From positions 124,001 to 188,000 of the forward strand of contig CDMY01000477.1 in assembly GCA_001179505.1 (NCBI GenBank): a stretch of 64,000 bases of DNA, read 5' to 3'. Source of the DNA: Vitrella brassicaformis CCMP3155 (Eukaryota > Protista > Chromerida). Shown one piece after another: positions 23,801 through 36,769 of this stretch (the stretch's first letter is position 1; each line of letters opens with the position of its first letter). The notes under the pieces are model-generated. The model searched no databases. It was given only the letters and a program-made list of their open reading frames with translations, and was not told the DNA's origin. The translations under genes and the position numbers were made by a program.

Positions 23801-26367
23801 GCCGGTGTGGTGTGGTGTGTGTGTGTGTGTGCGTACATGAAGAGCTGGTCGTTGTGGATGAAGCCGTAGTCGTTGGAGTGGTGCAATACCTCTGTTTGCA
23901 TGAACCAACCAGCCAACACACACACACAAACAAGCCGACAGAGCGAGTCGTGGGTAGTGCCTGCAGTGCCTGCCCTCCCTCCCTCTCTGCTCGGCTGGCT
24001 CACCGTATCCATTGTCCTCGACTCTGAGCCGCTCGAACCCGATGGCCCTGCCCTCGCTACCCACATAGAAGCACTCGCTAGTGCTACAAACACAACACAA
24101 CACACAAACACAGTACACACACACGTCAGTCACGTGTGTCTGTGGTGTGGTGTGCGGCTGGATGGCTGGCCTACAGTGATCTGAACCAGATCTCGCCGAC
24201 GGTGCCGGGTTCGACCTCCTTGCACGTGAGTGGGTTGACCAGCCGCACCTTGACCCGCTCACTGGCGTAGCCGTGACTCACCACGCGACGCTCGTTGGGC
24301 AGGTCGAAGCTCAGCGACAAACCCAGGTGGTCAGGATGCACACACTCGCTCAGCTTCTCCTCGTGAAGCTTCACACACACACACATACAATAAATACACA
24401 GGCAGGCAGACAGACAGGAAGAGAGAATGACGCTGGCTGGTGCAGGTCTGTGTGTGTGGGTGGTTACTTACCACTTTGACTTTGCCGGATCGCTCGAGCT
24501 CGTCTACGTCTACGGTGACGACGAGTGCCTCCTCCTTCCTATGGCGCCGCGCCCCCGACAGGATCGCCCCGCTGTCCGACGCCTCGTACACCGGCAGGAC
24601 TGCCGAAAACGGCACGTGCAGACGCCGCGGACGGTCGCTGTTGATCAGCTGACACACACACACACACACGCACACACACACACAGAGGGCGACATGAGCC
24701 CATCCATCCATCCATCCAGAGGTGTGGGTGTGTTGACTGGCTGACTGACGTGAAGGAACTTTGCGACGAGTTCGATGTCGACGGCGTCTTCGCCGCACAT
24801 GAGTCCCCCCTCGCTGACGAACTCGAGCTTGGGGATGTCCTCGCCCTCGTGCAGGTAGTTCCCGAGGTCCTCAAGGAGCTGCAGCAGCTGCCGGATGGCG
24901 ATGGTCGGCAGCGGCAGGATGACGCACTCCATGTCGGCCGCGATGGACAGGAACCGCCAGGGGTCGACGAAGAAACAGTTGGGCGACGTCAGCAGCACCT
25001 CAAATCCGAAGAACAACGTCGTCCTGACACACACAGACACACACACACACATGGGTGGCATGGCATCCGCCATGCATCCGATCCACCCATTTTGAATTTG
25101 TGTGGGTGACGTACAGGATGAAGTAGATGAGTCCTCGTCCGTAGTGCATGGGCAGCCAGGAGAAGGCCCTTGAGGGGTGTGAGAGGGTCTGCTGTGAGAT
25201 GAAGTGGCGCCACACGTACTGGGTGCGAAGGTCGTCGGGGAAGTTCTTGGGGAAGCTGGTGAGCATCCGCTGGATCTTGCTCACCTCGACCTCGGCGTCC
25301 TCGTCGATGGCTATGTCTATGTCAGGGTCCGACGGCCACACCGGGAACTCCCGGATTGGGGCGCGGTCGCGGCCCCCGATGGTCTCCTTGAGGTCGCGGC
25401 CCATCTTGTCCTTCTCTCTGTCGTAGGACAGCATGACCGTCCGGCCGTAGCTCTTGATGCTCTCGTGCAGCGTCAGGTGCGTCAGGGTGGCCCCCCGGTC
25501 GTCGGCAAACGGGGGAAACAGGATGCAGGCATCGTCCTGCGGCCGCACCTCTGGCTCGTCCACGTCGTTGTCCAGCAGGATGTCGGGCAGAAACAGAGAC
25601 GCCCCCTTGTGCGTGTCCACCCAACGGAGCGAGTTGGAGGCCGACGGGCGCAGCTCCGACGAGGGGCTGTTCTGCAGGACGTTGAAGTAGGGCGTGTGGG
25701 TGAGGACGGTGCGGCAGCCGGCGCGCTTGATGGTGGCCAGGAGCTCCTTGGCGGCTTCCTGGTGCTCGCGGGCGTCGGGCGGCACGGGCAACAGCGGCAC
25801 CGCCACCAAACCGCGGGACAGGCACGCCAGGAACGCTACGATGAAATCCTAAACACAACACACAACACACACACACACACACTCCGGACGGACGCGACAC
25901 ATGTCATGAGCCGTGTTGCTGTGCTGTGCTGTGACTGAGTGACTGACCAGTGAGGGCATGTAGCAGAGCGCGACTTTGTCCCCCCTCTGCAGCTTGACGA
26001 CGTGCTGTAGGAACCAGCCGAGCTTCTTGACCTCATGTGTGAGCTGTCCGTAGGTCATGGACACGGCCAGGCTGCCCAGGTGATCGTACCAGCGGAGAGC
26101 CACGCGGTCGCCGTGGTTGGACCCCCACACCTGCACCGCCTCCCAGATCTTCCACGGATGGTTCTCATCCAACGGCAAACACATCTGACCACACACACAC
26201 ACACAGATGGATGCATTGCATTGGATTGGACGGCTGGAGGGGGTCTTTTCCGGTAGATCTGCCGTCGGTTCGCCCACCTTTTCTGGAATGGGGCTGAGAG
26301 GCTCGCCTGGCGTGTCGAGCAGGCCGTCCTCCCGCCCGAGGGACTCTTCGCGGACCAGAGATGCCAT
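20897..26367 (-). CDS. Fatty acyl-AMP ligase (FAAL)-like adenylation-fold protein with degenerate motifs and a long unknown C-terminal region
   Basis: MTYGQL...LQRGDKVALCYMP, DFIVAFLACLSRGLVAVPL, SWLPMHYGRGLI, VRLVNPLTCKEVEPGTVGEIWFRS and NDYGF follow the FAAL motif order. One intron contains the assembly gap. That the C-terminal exons belong to the same gene is inferred from compatible splice phases where checked. Confidence 0.75.
22331..22630. other. Assembly gap (300 N) flanked by poly-G runs, inside an intron
   Basis: Run of N directly visible, with G tracts on both sides. Confidence 0.99.
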
Positions 26368-26487
26368 GGCCGGAGGGCGCTCAGATGAATCTATCCATCA
26401 GACCGTTGCACAACAGCACCCAGCCGTCCCTCTCACGCCTCGTGTGCCCCTCGACTGCCGGAACGAGAGGGAATGTTCACGACCGCC

Positions 26488-26495
26488 TGCGAGCT
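26488..26495 (+). promoter_or_regulatory. Candidate promoter motif TGCGAGCT
   Basis: Lies between the FAAL-like start 26367(-) and the TKL start 26548(+). Confidence 0.6.
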
Positions 26496-26547
26496 TTGGG
26501 TCGACATTCGGCTGTCGCTGAAGAAGAAGCAGAATCAGGCAGTGACG

Positions 26548-29500
26548 ATGGGAAACGCCCCTCACAGCAGAGGACCCTTCGGTAATTGATTGATCCGGCT
26601 CAATTCGCATCAACGAGCGGTCCACCAGCTGTGCTGTCTGGAGTGTGGTGTGTGCAGGTCTCCGTGACGACGGCTACGTGCGTCAGGGTGGCTACCGATA
26701 CAAAGGGTCAGCCAAGGCATGCAAGATCACCAAGGAGACGATGAACAAACAAGGGTGATTCCCCATATCGTGTCTGTCTGTGTGCGTGAGTTTGCGTAGA
26801 GGTCTGAAGGATGGCAAGCGACACGGTCACGGCATCCTTCTCTACCCGTGAGCAATCACGAGGATATCTATCATGCACACATGAATGACTGACTGACTGA
26901 CTGACGCATGACGTGAGCACCTCTCTGTTCTGTGTGTGCACTGCAGCAACGGTGCTGTGTATGCGGGTGAGTTTGCCGACCACTTCCAGAACGGATTCGG
27001 CGTCTACGTCGCCCCCAACTTCAACAGATACGAAGGTCACCATACCACAACATCAAACACACCACACCATCACACACACCACACCGTCACACACACGGCA
27101 CACATGTGTCTGTTGTGCGGCTGTGTTGGGTGGGTGCTTCAGGCCAGTGGAAGGACGGCAAGCGGGAGGGGGCGGGGATCGAACGACACTTTCGCTCGGG
27201 CGTCTCCTTCACGGGTGCGATGCGATGCGATGCGATGGGGGAGACAAACAGAGGGAGGGACACGGCCGACGGATGACGTGCGGCTGTGTGTGTGGTGTGC
27301 ACTGCAGGCACATGGGTGGGCGACGTGCGTGACGGGGAGGGCGCCAGGTGGAAACCCAACGGACAAGTCGTGCGGTCAGTCCAGTCAGCTCGCGAATCAC
27401 ACAGATAGATAGCATCGATGCGCACCCCTACCACATCTCATCTATTGTCTCCTCCGCCGTCGTGTGTGTTCCTGTACATGTGTATGTGTATGTGTATGTG
27501 TGTGAGTCAGAGAGGTGTGGCAGCGGGGTCAGCAGGTGACGCCGTCCGCCTTGGAGAGACAAGAAAGCGACTCCGTCTCAAGTATGCATGCCAACCTCAC
27601 CTTACGCGCACACCCATTGCAATACACAGACACTAACGGCCCCCCACCTGTCTGCAGGTGGCACGGATGACGATGACGATTTGTTGGCTGCGGCCAGCCC
27701 CCCGCACGACACCGACAGCAACTCGCCGGCGGTGCCTCACGCCAGACGACACAAGAGCAGGCGGCCCAAGGACCCTTCACCAGCCACACACGACCAAAGC
27801 AACCCCACCGAGTTCATCAACCAACACATTTACACCCTCTCGCAGAAACTGCTGCAGCATCTGCGGGACGATGAGTGGGAGAGTGACTATGAGGGTGAGG
27901 ACCCCCAGTGCCAGCAGTGGAGCGCCGTCCGCCACACGCTCACCGGGCTGGCGGAGCTGCACGCCCAGCACCAGCAGCAGAGCGGCGACATGGATGCGGG
28001 CAAGGAGTTCGGCAGCAGGAGCCAGTTTCTGCGGGCAATAGGGTACCACTGGCCGTATGTGGGTGGGTATGACCTGGAGCGGAGCCTCGACTACCTGCGC
28101 AGCCGCAATGTGGAGATCGCCGGGGCACAGGAGCTGGAGGAAGTCTACTTCCGTATCATGGACACTCCGGGTGGGTGGGGGGGTGCACGCCACGCCCTGG
28201 GCAGATGTCTAGATGTGTCAATCTGTGTGTGTGGGTCAGTTGAGGAGTGGACTCCCTCAGAGGTCGGCGTGTGGCTCGCACAGAAGGACCTCTCACGGCT
28301 GATCGAAAACTTCATGTGAGTGTCAGTCATGTCAGAGAGAGCCCATTGGCCACCCTCACTCACACTCACACCCGACAATTTGACGCTTCTGTATGTATGT
28401 GTGCAGGGAGGCGCAGGTGACGGGCAAGAGGCTGCTGGACATGGACCACCGCGCCCTCAAGGAGGAGGTCAGCGTCATCCCTTTCGGCCACAGGGCAAGG
28501 GTCCTCAAGGCCATCAAGCAACTCAAGTAACTATCCCAACCCATCAGCACACACACACAGTCACACAAGCCACACACGTGTGTGCGAGTGCATTGCAGGG
28601 AGTTCAAGAAGAACCGCGACATCGGAATGTTCTACGAGACGCGCCGGGGCTCGGTGCCCATCCCGCCACCCGTCCCAGCCCTGCCCACCAAACAGCCGGA
28701 CAGCGACATCGACCCGCCCACGGCCAACTCGGGCGTCCAACAAAGGTAGGTAGGTATCTATTCATGTGTGTGTGTGTGGGTGGGAGAGAGGGAGAGAGCG
28801 AAAGACACAGACTGACAGCACAGCATCCTTGCGTGTGTGTGGTATGTATGCATGCCTATGGTATGGTGTGTGTCCGTCAGTGAGACCGACGACACGTCAG
28901 GAGACATCCCCGACCCCCAGCGGAACGACAGGAAGCGCGAGGCCGTCATGATGACCGGCAGGGACAGGGCCAGGCAACAACAGTACGGACCTGACGCGCC
29001 ACAACCGCCAAACGGACCACGTGGACAGGTGGGCTGACCGACACACAACACCATCCTCACCCTGTGCCTCATGGATGGATGCAGGAGTCTGGGAGTGAGC
29101 TGTCTCTGCCAGTGGGCAGCGGCGCGTCGGTGCCCCGCCACCCGCCCCGAAGGCGCCCCCGGTCGGACAGTGAGAGCACCGTGAGCGTGCCGCATGGCCT
29201 GGACCTCATCGACGCCAGGGCGCACGCGGCTTCCATCGCAATCGACTTCAAACAGCTCACTTTCCTCAAAAAGGCAATGGGAAACTCACACGCACCGCAG
29301 AGAGAATGGGTTTGGTTTGCGTGTTGTCCATTTCATTTGTGTGTGGGGTGTGGTTGATTGGATGGTTTATGCAGATAGGTGAGGAGGGTCGCAGTCGCAT
29401 GTACCGGGGTCGCTGGCTGGGCAAGGACGTGGCCATCAAGGTCTACAAGGGCAAACTACTCAGAGAGAAAATGTGGTACACGACTCCAGCCACTCACTAC

Positions 29501-31191
29501 ACCACAGACAGACCACACACGGCACCCCCCATGTGTGTGGTCTGTGTGTGTTTGTGCAGGGTGGAGTCATTGGTTGCCTTGAGTGAGATGCGCCACCCCC
29601 ACATAGCGCTCTTCATGGGCATCGCCGTCAGACCAGAGGTCAGCAGATAAGATATACACCCAGACAGAGAGAGAGGACATGCTGGAACGAGGCTCGTCTG
29701 TCTGTGTCGCCTGTGTGTGTGTCAGCCGCCCACGTGCTGCATCGTGACAGAGTACCTGCCAAATGGATCCATATTCGAGTCAGCGAGCTACCAACCAACC
29801 ACCTCTTCACACACACATGCCTGTGTGTGCCTGATCAGGTTGATCCACCCCAACACCCCCCAGTCGCTCGACCTGCCCTCCCACGCCGGCGGCCACACAC
29901 GAACCGCCCCGCCCTCGTCATTCATGCCACCACACACACACGTAAACACCGCACCCCCATAGGATGCCTCGCACCATAACGCCACCCACTCACTCACTTG
30001 TCTCTCTGTGTGTGTCTGTGGTCAGGCGAGCTCCTCAGCAGCGAGCCGAGCGGCGGCAGCTCAGCAGGGCCGCGGGTTGGGCGCGTCGAGCAGCCATGCT
30101 GGCAGGGTTGGTGGTCGGCTGAAGCTCAAGGACGGGCCCGTCACCATACAGCTGCTGCTCAGAATCGCCAGGTGAGTCAGTGGCTTGTGGGCGGATGGAA
30201 TGGGATGGCTGAGTGCACTCGCTCATTGACTGGTGTGGCCGCCTGGTTGTTTGTGTGTGTAGGGGCATTGCCTTGGGCTGCGCCTACCTCCAAAAGAGAG
30301 GGGTATGTCTTCACATGGAGAGAGGCAAAGGGGAGGCGATGCGGCCTGTATGTGTGTGTGTGTGTGTGTGTAGATTGGTCATTTGAATCTGAAGCCCTCC
30401 AACGTCCTCATCGACGAGACCATCAACGTCAAACTATGCGACTTTGGTAGGCACAGACACACACACACACTTCCCTCGCCACCTCCATCTTTGGGTACCC
30501 TTCCTCCCTCCCTGCCTCCTTTCGTTCGTCAGGTCTGCGTGACTTCGAGGAGGCCTTCCGCCCCCCTTACCGCGGCGAGCGGTGCAGGCGGCCGCTGGCC
30601 TGGTGCGCCCCTGAGGTGCTGCGCTCGGACAGTGCGCTGGGTCGCGACTGGACGGCAGACGTCTACTCGTTCGGGATGATCTTCTGGGAAATTGTTAGTC
30701 AAGCCCAACCGGACACACACACTCGCGTGGATGTCTGTGTATCTGCCTGTCTGTCTGTCTGGCGTGTCTGATTGCTCAGTTGACGTGCCGCGTCCCCTAC
30801 AGCGACCAAACCAATGCGCAGATCAAAGTAAGCGCATCGGTCACGACACACACATACACATACACTTCATCAGTGAGTCCCTCCCTCCTTCATCATCTCA
30901 GCAGTGTATTTGTCTGTCTGTCTGTCTGTCTGTCTGTCCCCTGGTCGATCATTCCATTGATGCGATGCGATGCGATGCGATGCGATGCAGGGTGCGGTGG
31001 GCTGGGGCGGCGACCGACCCGCCGAGCTCGAGGCGCCCGACCCCATGAAGATCCTGGTCACTGCATGCCTGCGCGACAACCCCGCCGAGCGGCCCACCTT
31101 CGAACAGATTCTAGACTACCTGCACAAGCTGCACGAGGCCGCCAACTCGACCGCTGAGGACGCCCTCATCACCTTCATGGACGGGCCGTGA
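26548..31191 (+). CDS. MORN-repeat + SAM + tyrosine-kinase-like (TKL) protein, predicted pseudokinase
   Basis: MORN repeats: GLKDGKRHGHGILLYP, GAVYAGEFADHFQNGFG, GQWKDGKREGAG. SAM: WTPSEVGVWL...VTGKRLLDMDHRALKEE...GHRARVLKAIKQL. Kinase: GRWLGKDVAIK, EMRHPHIALFMG, IVTEYLPNGS, HLNLKPSNVL, LCDFG, WCAPE, ADVYSFGMIFWE. Confidence 0.92.
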
Positions 31192-31932
31192 AGAAGGAGT
31201 CCATTCTCAGTGGGGAAGGGGGGGGCAGTGGGGGTGTGTATGTATGTGTGTGTGTCAGACACACGGACAGATGAGTAGGTGGTAGGGATTGTGCTGTGTG
31301 GTGTGTGTGTGGGAACAGTGCGTGTGTGTATTTTTTGCGATGCATGTGGTGTTTAATGAATCAGCAGTAGTGCACACGATAGCTAATGCGTCGCTTATCC
31401 TCCACACAGACACACTCACACGCATGCACGCACAGCTCCTCCGTGTGAGTTCATGATTGTCCCACATAAACGAAGATATAGACACGCACACACATACACA
31501 CACACACAGACACACATACGTCCATACCGAAGAACCTACCGCACGCAGGCTTCCCTAGCTCCACTAAACGCCGTGTTGCCATCACATACGTACACAAAAA
31601 GCATCCTAATGACTCGTGTAGGAAGGTAGATACACAGACAGAAACCACACACACACACATAAACTCGTACGCAGATACACGAATCACAGAACCAGACAGC
31701 TGAAGGGCGGAAGACCCCTTTCAACTACACCCCCTGATTCATTCATTCAGGTCTGTCTCCGTACACCAGCCGATACCGCCCACACAAATCACGCTCCGCC
31801 CTGAGCAGATCACTGGGACACATTCGCGCACACACGTGCAGACAGACAGACGGTTAGACAGACAGACAGACACACAGGCGTATGAATGCACAACGCTCAT
31901 CAATCAACCCATTCCCTCCCTGTCTGTCTGAC

Positions 31933-32601
31933 TCACTTGTGTTCGTCGCCATAGCCCGCAAATTGGTCGCACATGCGTCCTCCCTTGAAGGCTTGGATCT
32001 CCCGCTCGATGTCGCCACGCGTGATGCCCTTGGCCTGCACCACAAAGCCACGCCACGCCCACCGTCACGCAACAGCTGACCCATTGGTTCATGACTGTAC
32101 GTATTTTCGTTTACTTACCGGGTCAGCAGCAGTGATGGCCAGCGTGTTAAAGTGGCCTGGGTCATCCTCCCAGAAGATGGTGGTCGACTTGAAGTCACCC
32201 TTTTCGAAGTCCTGCTCGCCTGCATGCATGCATGCATGCATGCACGCATGAAAACAGCCAGCCACGTGCAGAGAATGACTGAGTGCACACCACCCCCGCC
32301 TGCCCTGCCCACCGTTGCCATCTCCCCGGGGTGCGCTGGTGAGGATGATGGACGGGAAGGGATACACCACCTCCTGCATGCTCTTCTTACTTTTCGGAGG
32401 CGCCTTCTGACCCAGCAACTTCATCTCTGCCAGCATCTCAGGATGAAGGATGGTCGACAGGTCGAAGCTCTGAGGCTCTCCAGCACGGTCGGCCGCCTTG
32501 ACTTCCGCCAACACCTCCTTCAGCCGCTTGTCGTAGTCCACAGGACGGGGCGAGCCCTTCGGCCGGGGCACCTCCTTGTCCGGCTGGGCAGATGAGCTCA
32601 T
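31933..32601 (-). CDS. Hypothetical protein, 3 exons
   Basis: MSSSAQPDKEVPRPKG...VVYPFPSIILTSAPRGDGNG | EQDFEKGDFKSTTIFWEDDPGHFNTLAITAADP | AKGITRGDIEREIQAFKGGRMCDQFAGYGDEHK*, joined at GT-AG sites. Confidence 0.7.
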
Positions 32602-32658
32602 GCTACACCACAATGACCGCTGTCCAAGGTGCAGATCGCAGGCAGATCTGCCTTCCTG

Positions 32659-32666
32659 AGCTCGCA
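32659..32666 (-). promoter_or_regulatory. Candidate promoter motif TGCGAGCT (AGCTCGCA on +)
   Basis: Lies between 32601(-) and 32678(+). Confidence 0.6.
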
Positions 32667-32677
32667 TGCTTCCGAAG

Positions 32678-33079
32678 ATGATGGAGGATTCATCGGAGGA
32701 CGGCAAGACCTTCCGGCTGATCATCCTGATCGTCTTCTGCGTCATCATCGCCGTATGCGGCGCCGCATGTCAGTCAGTGCCACAAAGCGCACACACCTCG
32801 CCAATGAATGAACGTCTGCATGCATTCTTGTGTGCAGGTGCGGTGTGCTGCTGCTTTGTCTGTCCGCCGTTGATAAGGTTCAAGCAGTATAGCGACAGGA
32901 GGGGCGGCATACCGGCGGGCAACATAAAGGGCGGCGGGGCGGGCGGTGTGGTGGCGCTGTCTGTGCTGTTGGGCAAGCCGACCAGCAGAAAGCCGCCGGA
33001 CCACCAGCACAACCACAACGACAACCAGCAGCCTGACAGGGCATCGACGAGCGACACTGCAGCGGTGGACGTGGAGTGA
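32678..33079 (+). CDS. Small single-pass membrane protein with a Cys cluster
   Basis: MMEDSSEDGKTFRLIILIVFCVIIAVCGAA | CAVCCCFVCPPLIRFKQ...VDVE*. Hydrophobic helix followed by a Cys-rich patch that could be palmitoylated. An alternative ATG lies at 32666. Confidence 0.55.
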   Translation: MMEDSSEDGKTFRLIILIVFCVIIAVCGAACQSVPQSAHTSPMNERLHAFLCAGAVCCCFVCPPLIRFKQYSDRRGGIPAGNIKGGGAGGVVALSVLLGKPTSRKPPDHQHNHNDNQQPDRASTSDTAAVDVE

Positions 33080-33503
33080 GTGGGAGACCAACCAGCAGTA
33101 GCACTGCAGCACGGAGGTTAGGTTGTGTACAGCGGCTGGCTGGGTAGATGGATGGATGGATGGAGGGCTGCACGCAAAGAGCCTTCTTCGTGTTGGCGGG
33201 GGCGGGTGTGTGGGCGATGGATGTACATACGCTGTCGTCAGACTGATGCGTACCGTACGGACACGGCTGAATGAAAGCTCTCTGGTCTGTCCGATCCATG
33301 CTGTTGATTGACACGACAGACACCCACACAGAGTCGGTCGGTCCGTCGCAACCTCAGTCAGTGGCGCACAGAGACACTCATGTGACTGACCAACCACCAT
33401 CCCACCGACACAAAGACAGACAGACAGACAGACAGGCACATCGTAGTAGGTAGGTACATTACAGCTGCCGAGCAAACGAAACCAACGATTGATGCAGCAA
33501 GCA

Positions 33504-33534
<31 letters not shown>

Positions 33535-36500
33535 GCGACATTGAAGGAACGAAGGAAAGGGCGAAGGAAAGCCTTATCGATATTATGGATGCTATGGATG
33601 GATGGATGGATTGACGGCATTGAATCAACCAACCAATCAATGAAAACAAGGAAAAGGCAAGGCAGAGCAAAGCAAAGGGGAGAGGGTGTGAGGGGGTCAG
33701 TCAGTGAGTGAGCGTAGCCACATCGATGTGTGCTGCCATCGCATACCAAGATGGCAGAAAAATAATCACACATAAACACATAAGCACCACGACAGGGGGG
33801 AGGGAGGGAGGGAGGGAGGAGATAGCAAACAGACGGAGAAAAATAGAGCGGTCGTCACGACGTCCCTCATGGCACCCATAGCAGCGCACACACGGAACGA
33901 ACGAAGAGCCGACACGCGCTCACATACAGACAAGACACTCACACACACAGGTAGACACTCACTCACTCATGTCATGGATAGGAGCGTTATCTATCTATCT
34001 ATCGGTCTGGCGCACACACACGTGCACACGAATCAAGGTAGGTAGTGTAGGCATGTATGTATGTATGCAGGTAGGTATGTATTGGAAGGCGGGCGTGGGT
34101 CGGTACGATAGATATGCGATGCCTATTGACCCGCCCGCCTCCCTCCCTCCCTGTGTGCAATCGATCGTCACACGGAAAAAAAGGTAGGTGACCCTCTCAC
34201 ACGAACCAACCGCAGCATCAATCAAAGTAGAGTAGAACATATAACCCTCACACCCACACACGCACACGCAGGCAGACAGACAGACAGACAGCCTGGTGAA
34301 AAACAGACGATCAGCCGGCACCCCGGGGAGCCCTCGCAGCCCTCTCGGACACGCTTTGCACATGGACTTGAAACCAACACATACATACATAGGATAGATA
34401 GCCATACACCACACCACAAGAGAAAGTACTTACTTGGGCTCATTGATGATGACATAGGCACCCACCGCATGTGTGTATGTATGTATGTGTGCAGGCACTC
34501 CAAAATCGCCTCAGCGAACGATTTGCAGCTAGCTACATAGGATAGCTTGCCCTCACCCAGGTGTGCACACCGTGCCGCACCATTGAGGGAGAAAAATGAG
34601 CAGCGATTGAGAGTAGCCCCCCCCCCGTGTGTGGGTATGAAAGTGACAAGGGTATGAATTGCCGCCCGGCTGGCAGGCAGGCCGACAGGGCGTGGCGTCT
34701 GGCTGGCTGGTGTGGCATGGCACGGACACACACGCAGAGACACACACGCACAAGCACCACGAGAAAAATGGAGAGAGTCAGTGTGTGCATGTGGGTGTGG
34801 TGTGTGTGGTGTACGTGTGTGTGTATCGGTCGGTAGGACAGATAAAGTTTGATTGTATGCTCTCTTGTACACTCAGACAGACAGACAGACACTCAAAAAA
34901 CATACACACATACACACGTACATACATACACACCGATGGCAATGTCTAGCACTATCCCACCCGCTCTCGCACACCCGTCCTCCCTCGCTGTCTGGCGGGT
35001 ATGACTTCACTGACTCTCACGCGAAAAACGCCTCAGCGCGCCCTCTCTGCTCTCTGCTCTCTCTCACGTCACCACGACAGCACGCGAATCCATTCGGATG
35101 CACACACACATGCATGTGATGTGCATGTGTGTCCGTAGGTACGTAAGCGTGTGTGTCAGGATCTCCTGCTCGCATCGGAGCGATCCCATCCCACCCAATC
35201 AGCGGACACACACACACACACACACGACGTGAGTGCGTCATTCTCGCCTCCCTTCCTCCCCCCTTCTCACTTGAACAGTGAAGTGTATGCAGAAGCGATA
35301 GCAGCCTCACTCATTGGTACTTAGGTACGATTGTGTGGTGTGTGTATGGACGAGGAAAAATCACAGCGCCATATAACAGACAGACAGACAGCCATCCAGA
35401 CATTTCTACAGGTCAAAAATCATCAGGTGCGTGCGCTGACCAGCCGCACGGCAGAAGAGCGAGAGAATACGATACGCCGACATAGAGAGAGGCACAGACA
35501 GAGAGAGAGAGAGAGAGAGAGATGGCGTGATGTGGAGACAGAGAGAGGGAAAAGAAGTCTCAACAAACTCGTATATTGGGGTGCGGTGCGATGTGCATAG
35601 GCACACCGGCCGGCCGACATGAATGCAATGCGTGCCTCTTCCCTCCCTCCCTCCTCTGTGGATGCCTGCCATCATCACGGTAGGTACCTACAGATAGAGG
35701 CAAGGAGTGTCAAGTAGATACGATAGATACGTAGAGTGCGAAAAAACAGCTAACCCCCCACGAGAAAGCGCAACACACAGCCCCACCCACAGCAGTGTAT
35801 CCACCCATCCCATCCATCCGTTCTTGTTTGTGTGTGCCCATGTCGCGGAGTGCGACAATGCCATCCGCATGGAACTAGAGTGGCTGACACGAGTGTGCCC
35901 GGATCAGTCACCCTTGCGTGAGGACAGCATCGGCGGACTGCGAGACACATTCACACCAACCACCACCACCACAAACAAGGACAGCAAACCCACGAGGGTG
36001 TCTTGTCTCGCCACGGCATCCCACGCAAGGTTGCCAAGCTGGCTGGCTGGCTGGCTGTGCGTGTCCTGCGTCCATGCGTGCTGTGACCACCGCGCTGGGA
36101 TACCGACCAATGAACCCCGACAAGTGTGTTGTTGGTGCCACTGGTAGGCAACCTCGCGCAGACGGTCACAGCCATGCAATGCACATGGAAGGACACGACA
36201 GATAGATCAGCAAGCAAGTGAAAACAAACAAAGCGCAGCCAGTGATCGATCTCCGCCCGCCTCCATTCCCTCCCTCCCTCCCTCCGTTTGTAGTGCAACC
36301 CAGCCCCCCACACGCCACGCCACGCACATTACATACATAATGACACACACCACACACCACATGCCGTGCCGCATTCGCGGGATGCACCACACATCAACAC
36401 ATACACACACGCGCAAGAGGCCTCTCTCTCTCGTAGCATAGCACAGCGCAGCGCAGCACAGAGGTAGTCTGTGGGCACGTAAGCAGACAGGTAGATAGGA

Positions 36501-36769
36501 GCGTTATGTGTCTGTCGGTATGCATCCAGGTAGTAGGTATGTACGCAGCCACGCACAAGCACATGAGCAGCGGCCTGTCTGTCTGTCCAGCTCGTCTTCT
36601 CTCCTCTCGTCAGTCATCTCTTGGAGCACAACCCTCCCTCTTTCTCTCTCTGCGCGTCACGCTCTCCCCTCCAAAACGGGTCGACTCGCTACTCATCAGG
36701 TCGCATGGCTGCTCTCATCTCATTCTCTCCCTCTCCCTCTAGCTCTCCGTCTGTCTGTCTGTCTGTCTC

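Noticed and set aside
25204-25938. Long alternative-frame and antisense ORFs over GC-rich exons (also 20901-21989, 48600-49196, 52501-53229, 56282-57679)
   Set aside because: They shadow well-supported exons. GC3-rich codon usage suppresses stops in other frames, and no motifs are present.
4724-30035. 7-mer GCGAGCT hits inside genes (about 4724, 27389, 30027)
   Set aside because: They lack the terminal T/A of the 8-mer and are expected by chance; my scan for the motif was by eye and not exhaustive.
34222-36416. Many 60-216 aa ORFs rich in CVCV, THTH or DRQT
   Set aside because: They are translations of (CA)n, (GACA)n and (GATG)n microsatellites.
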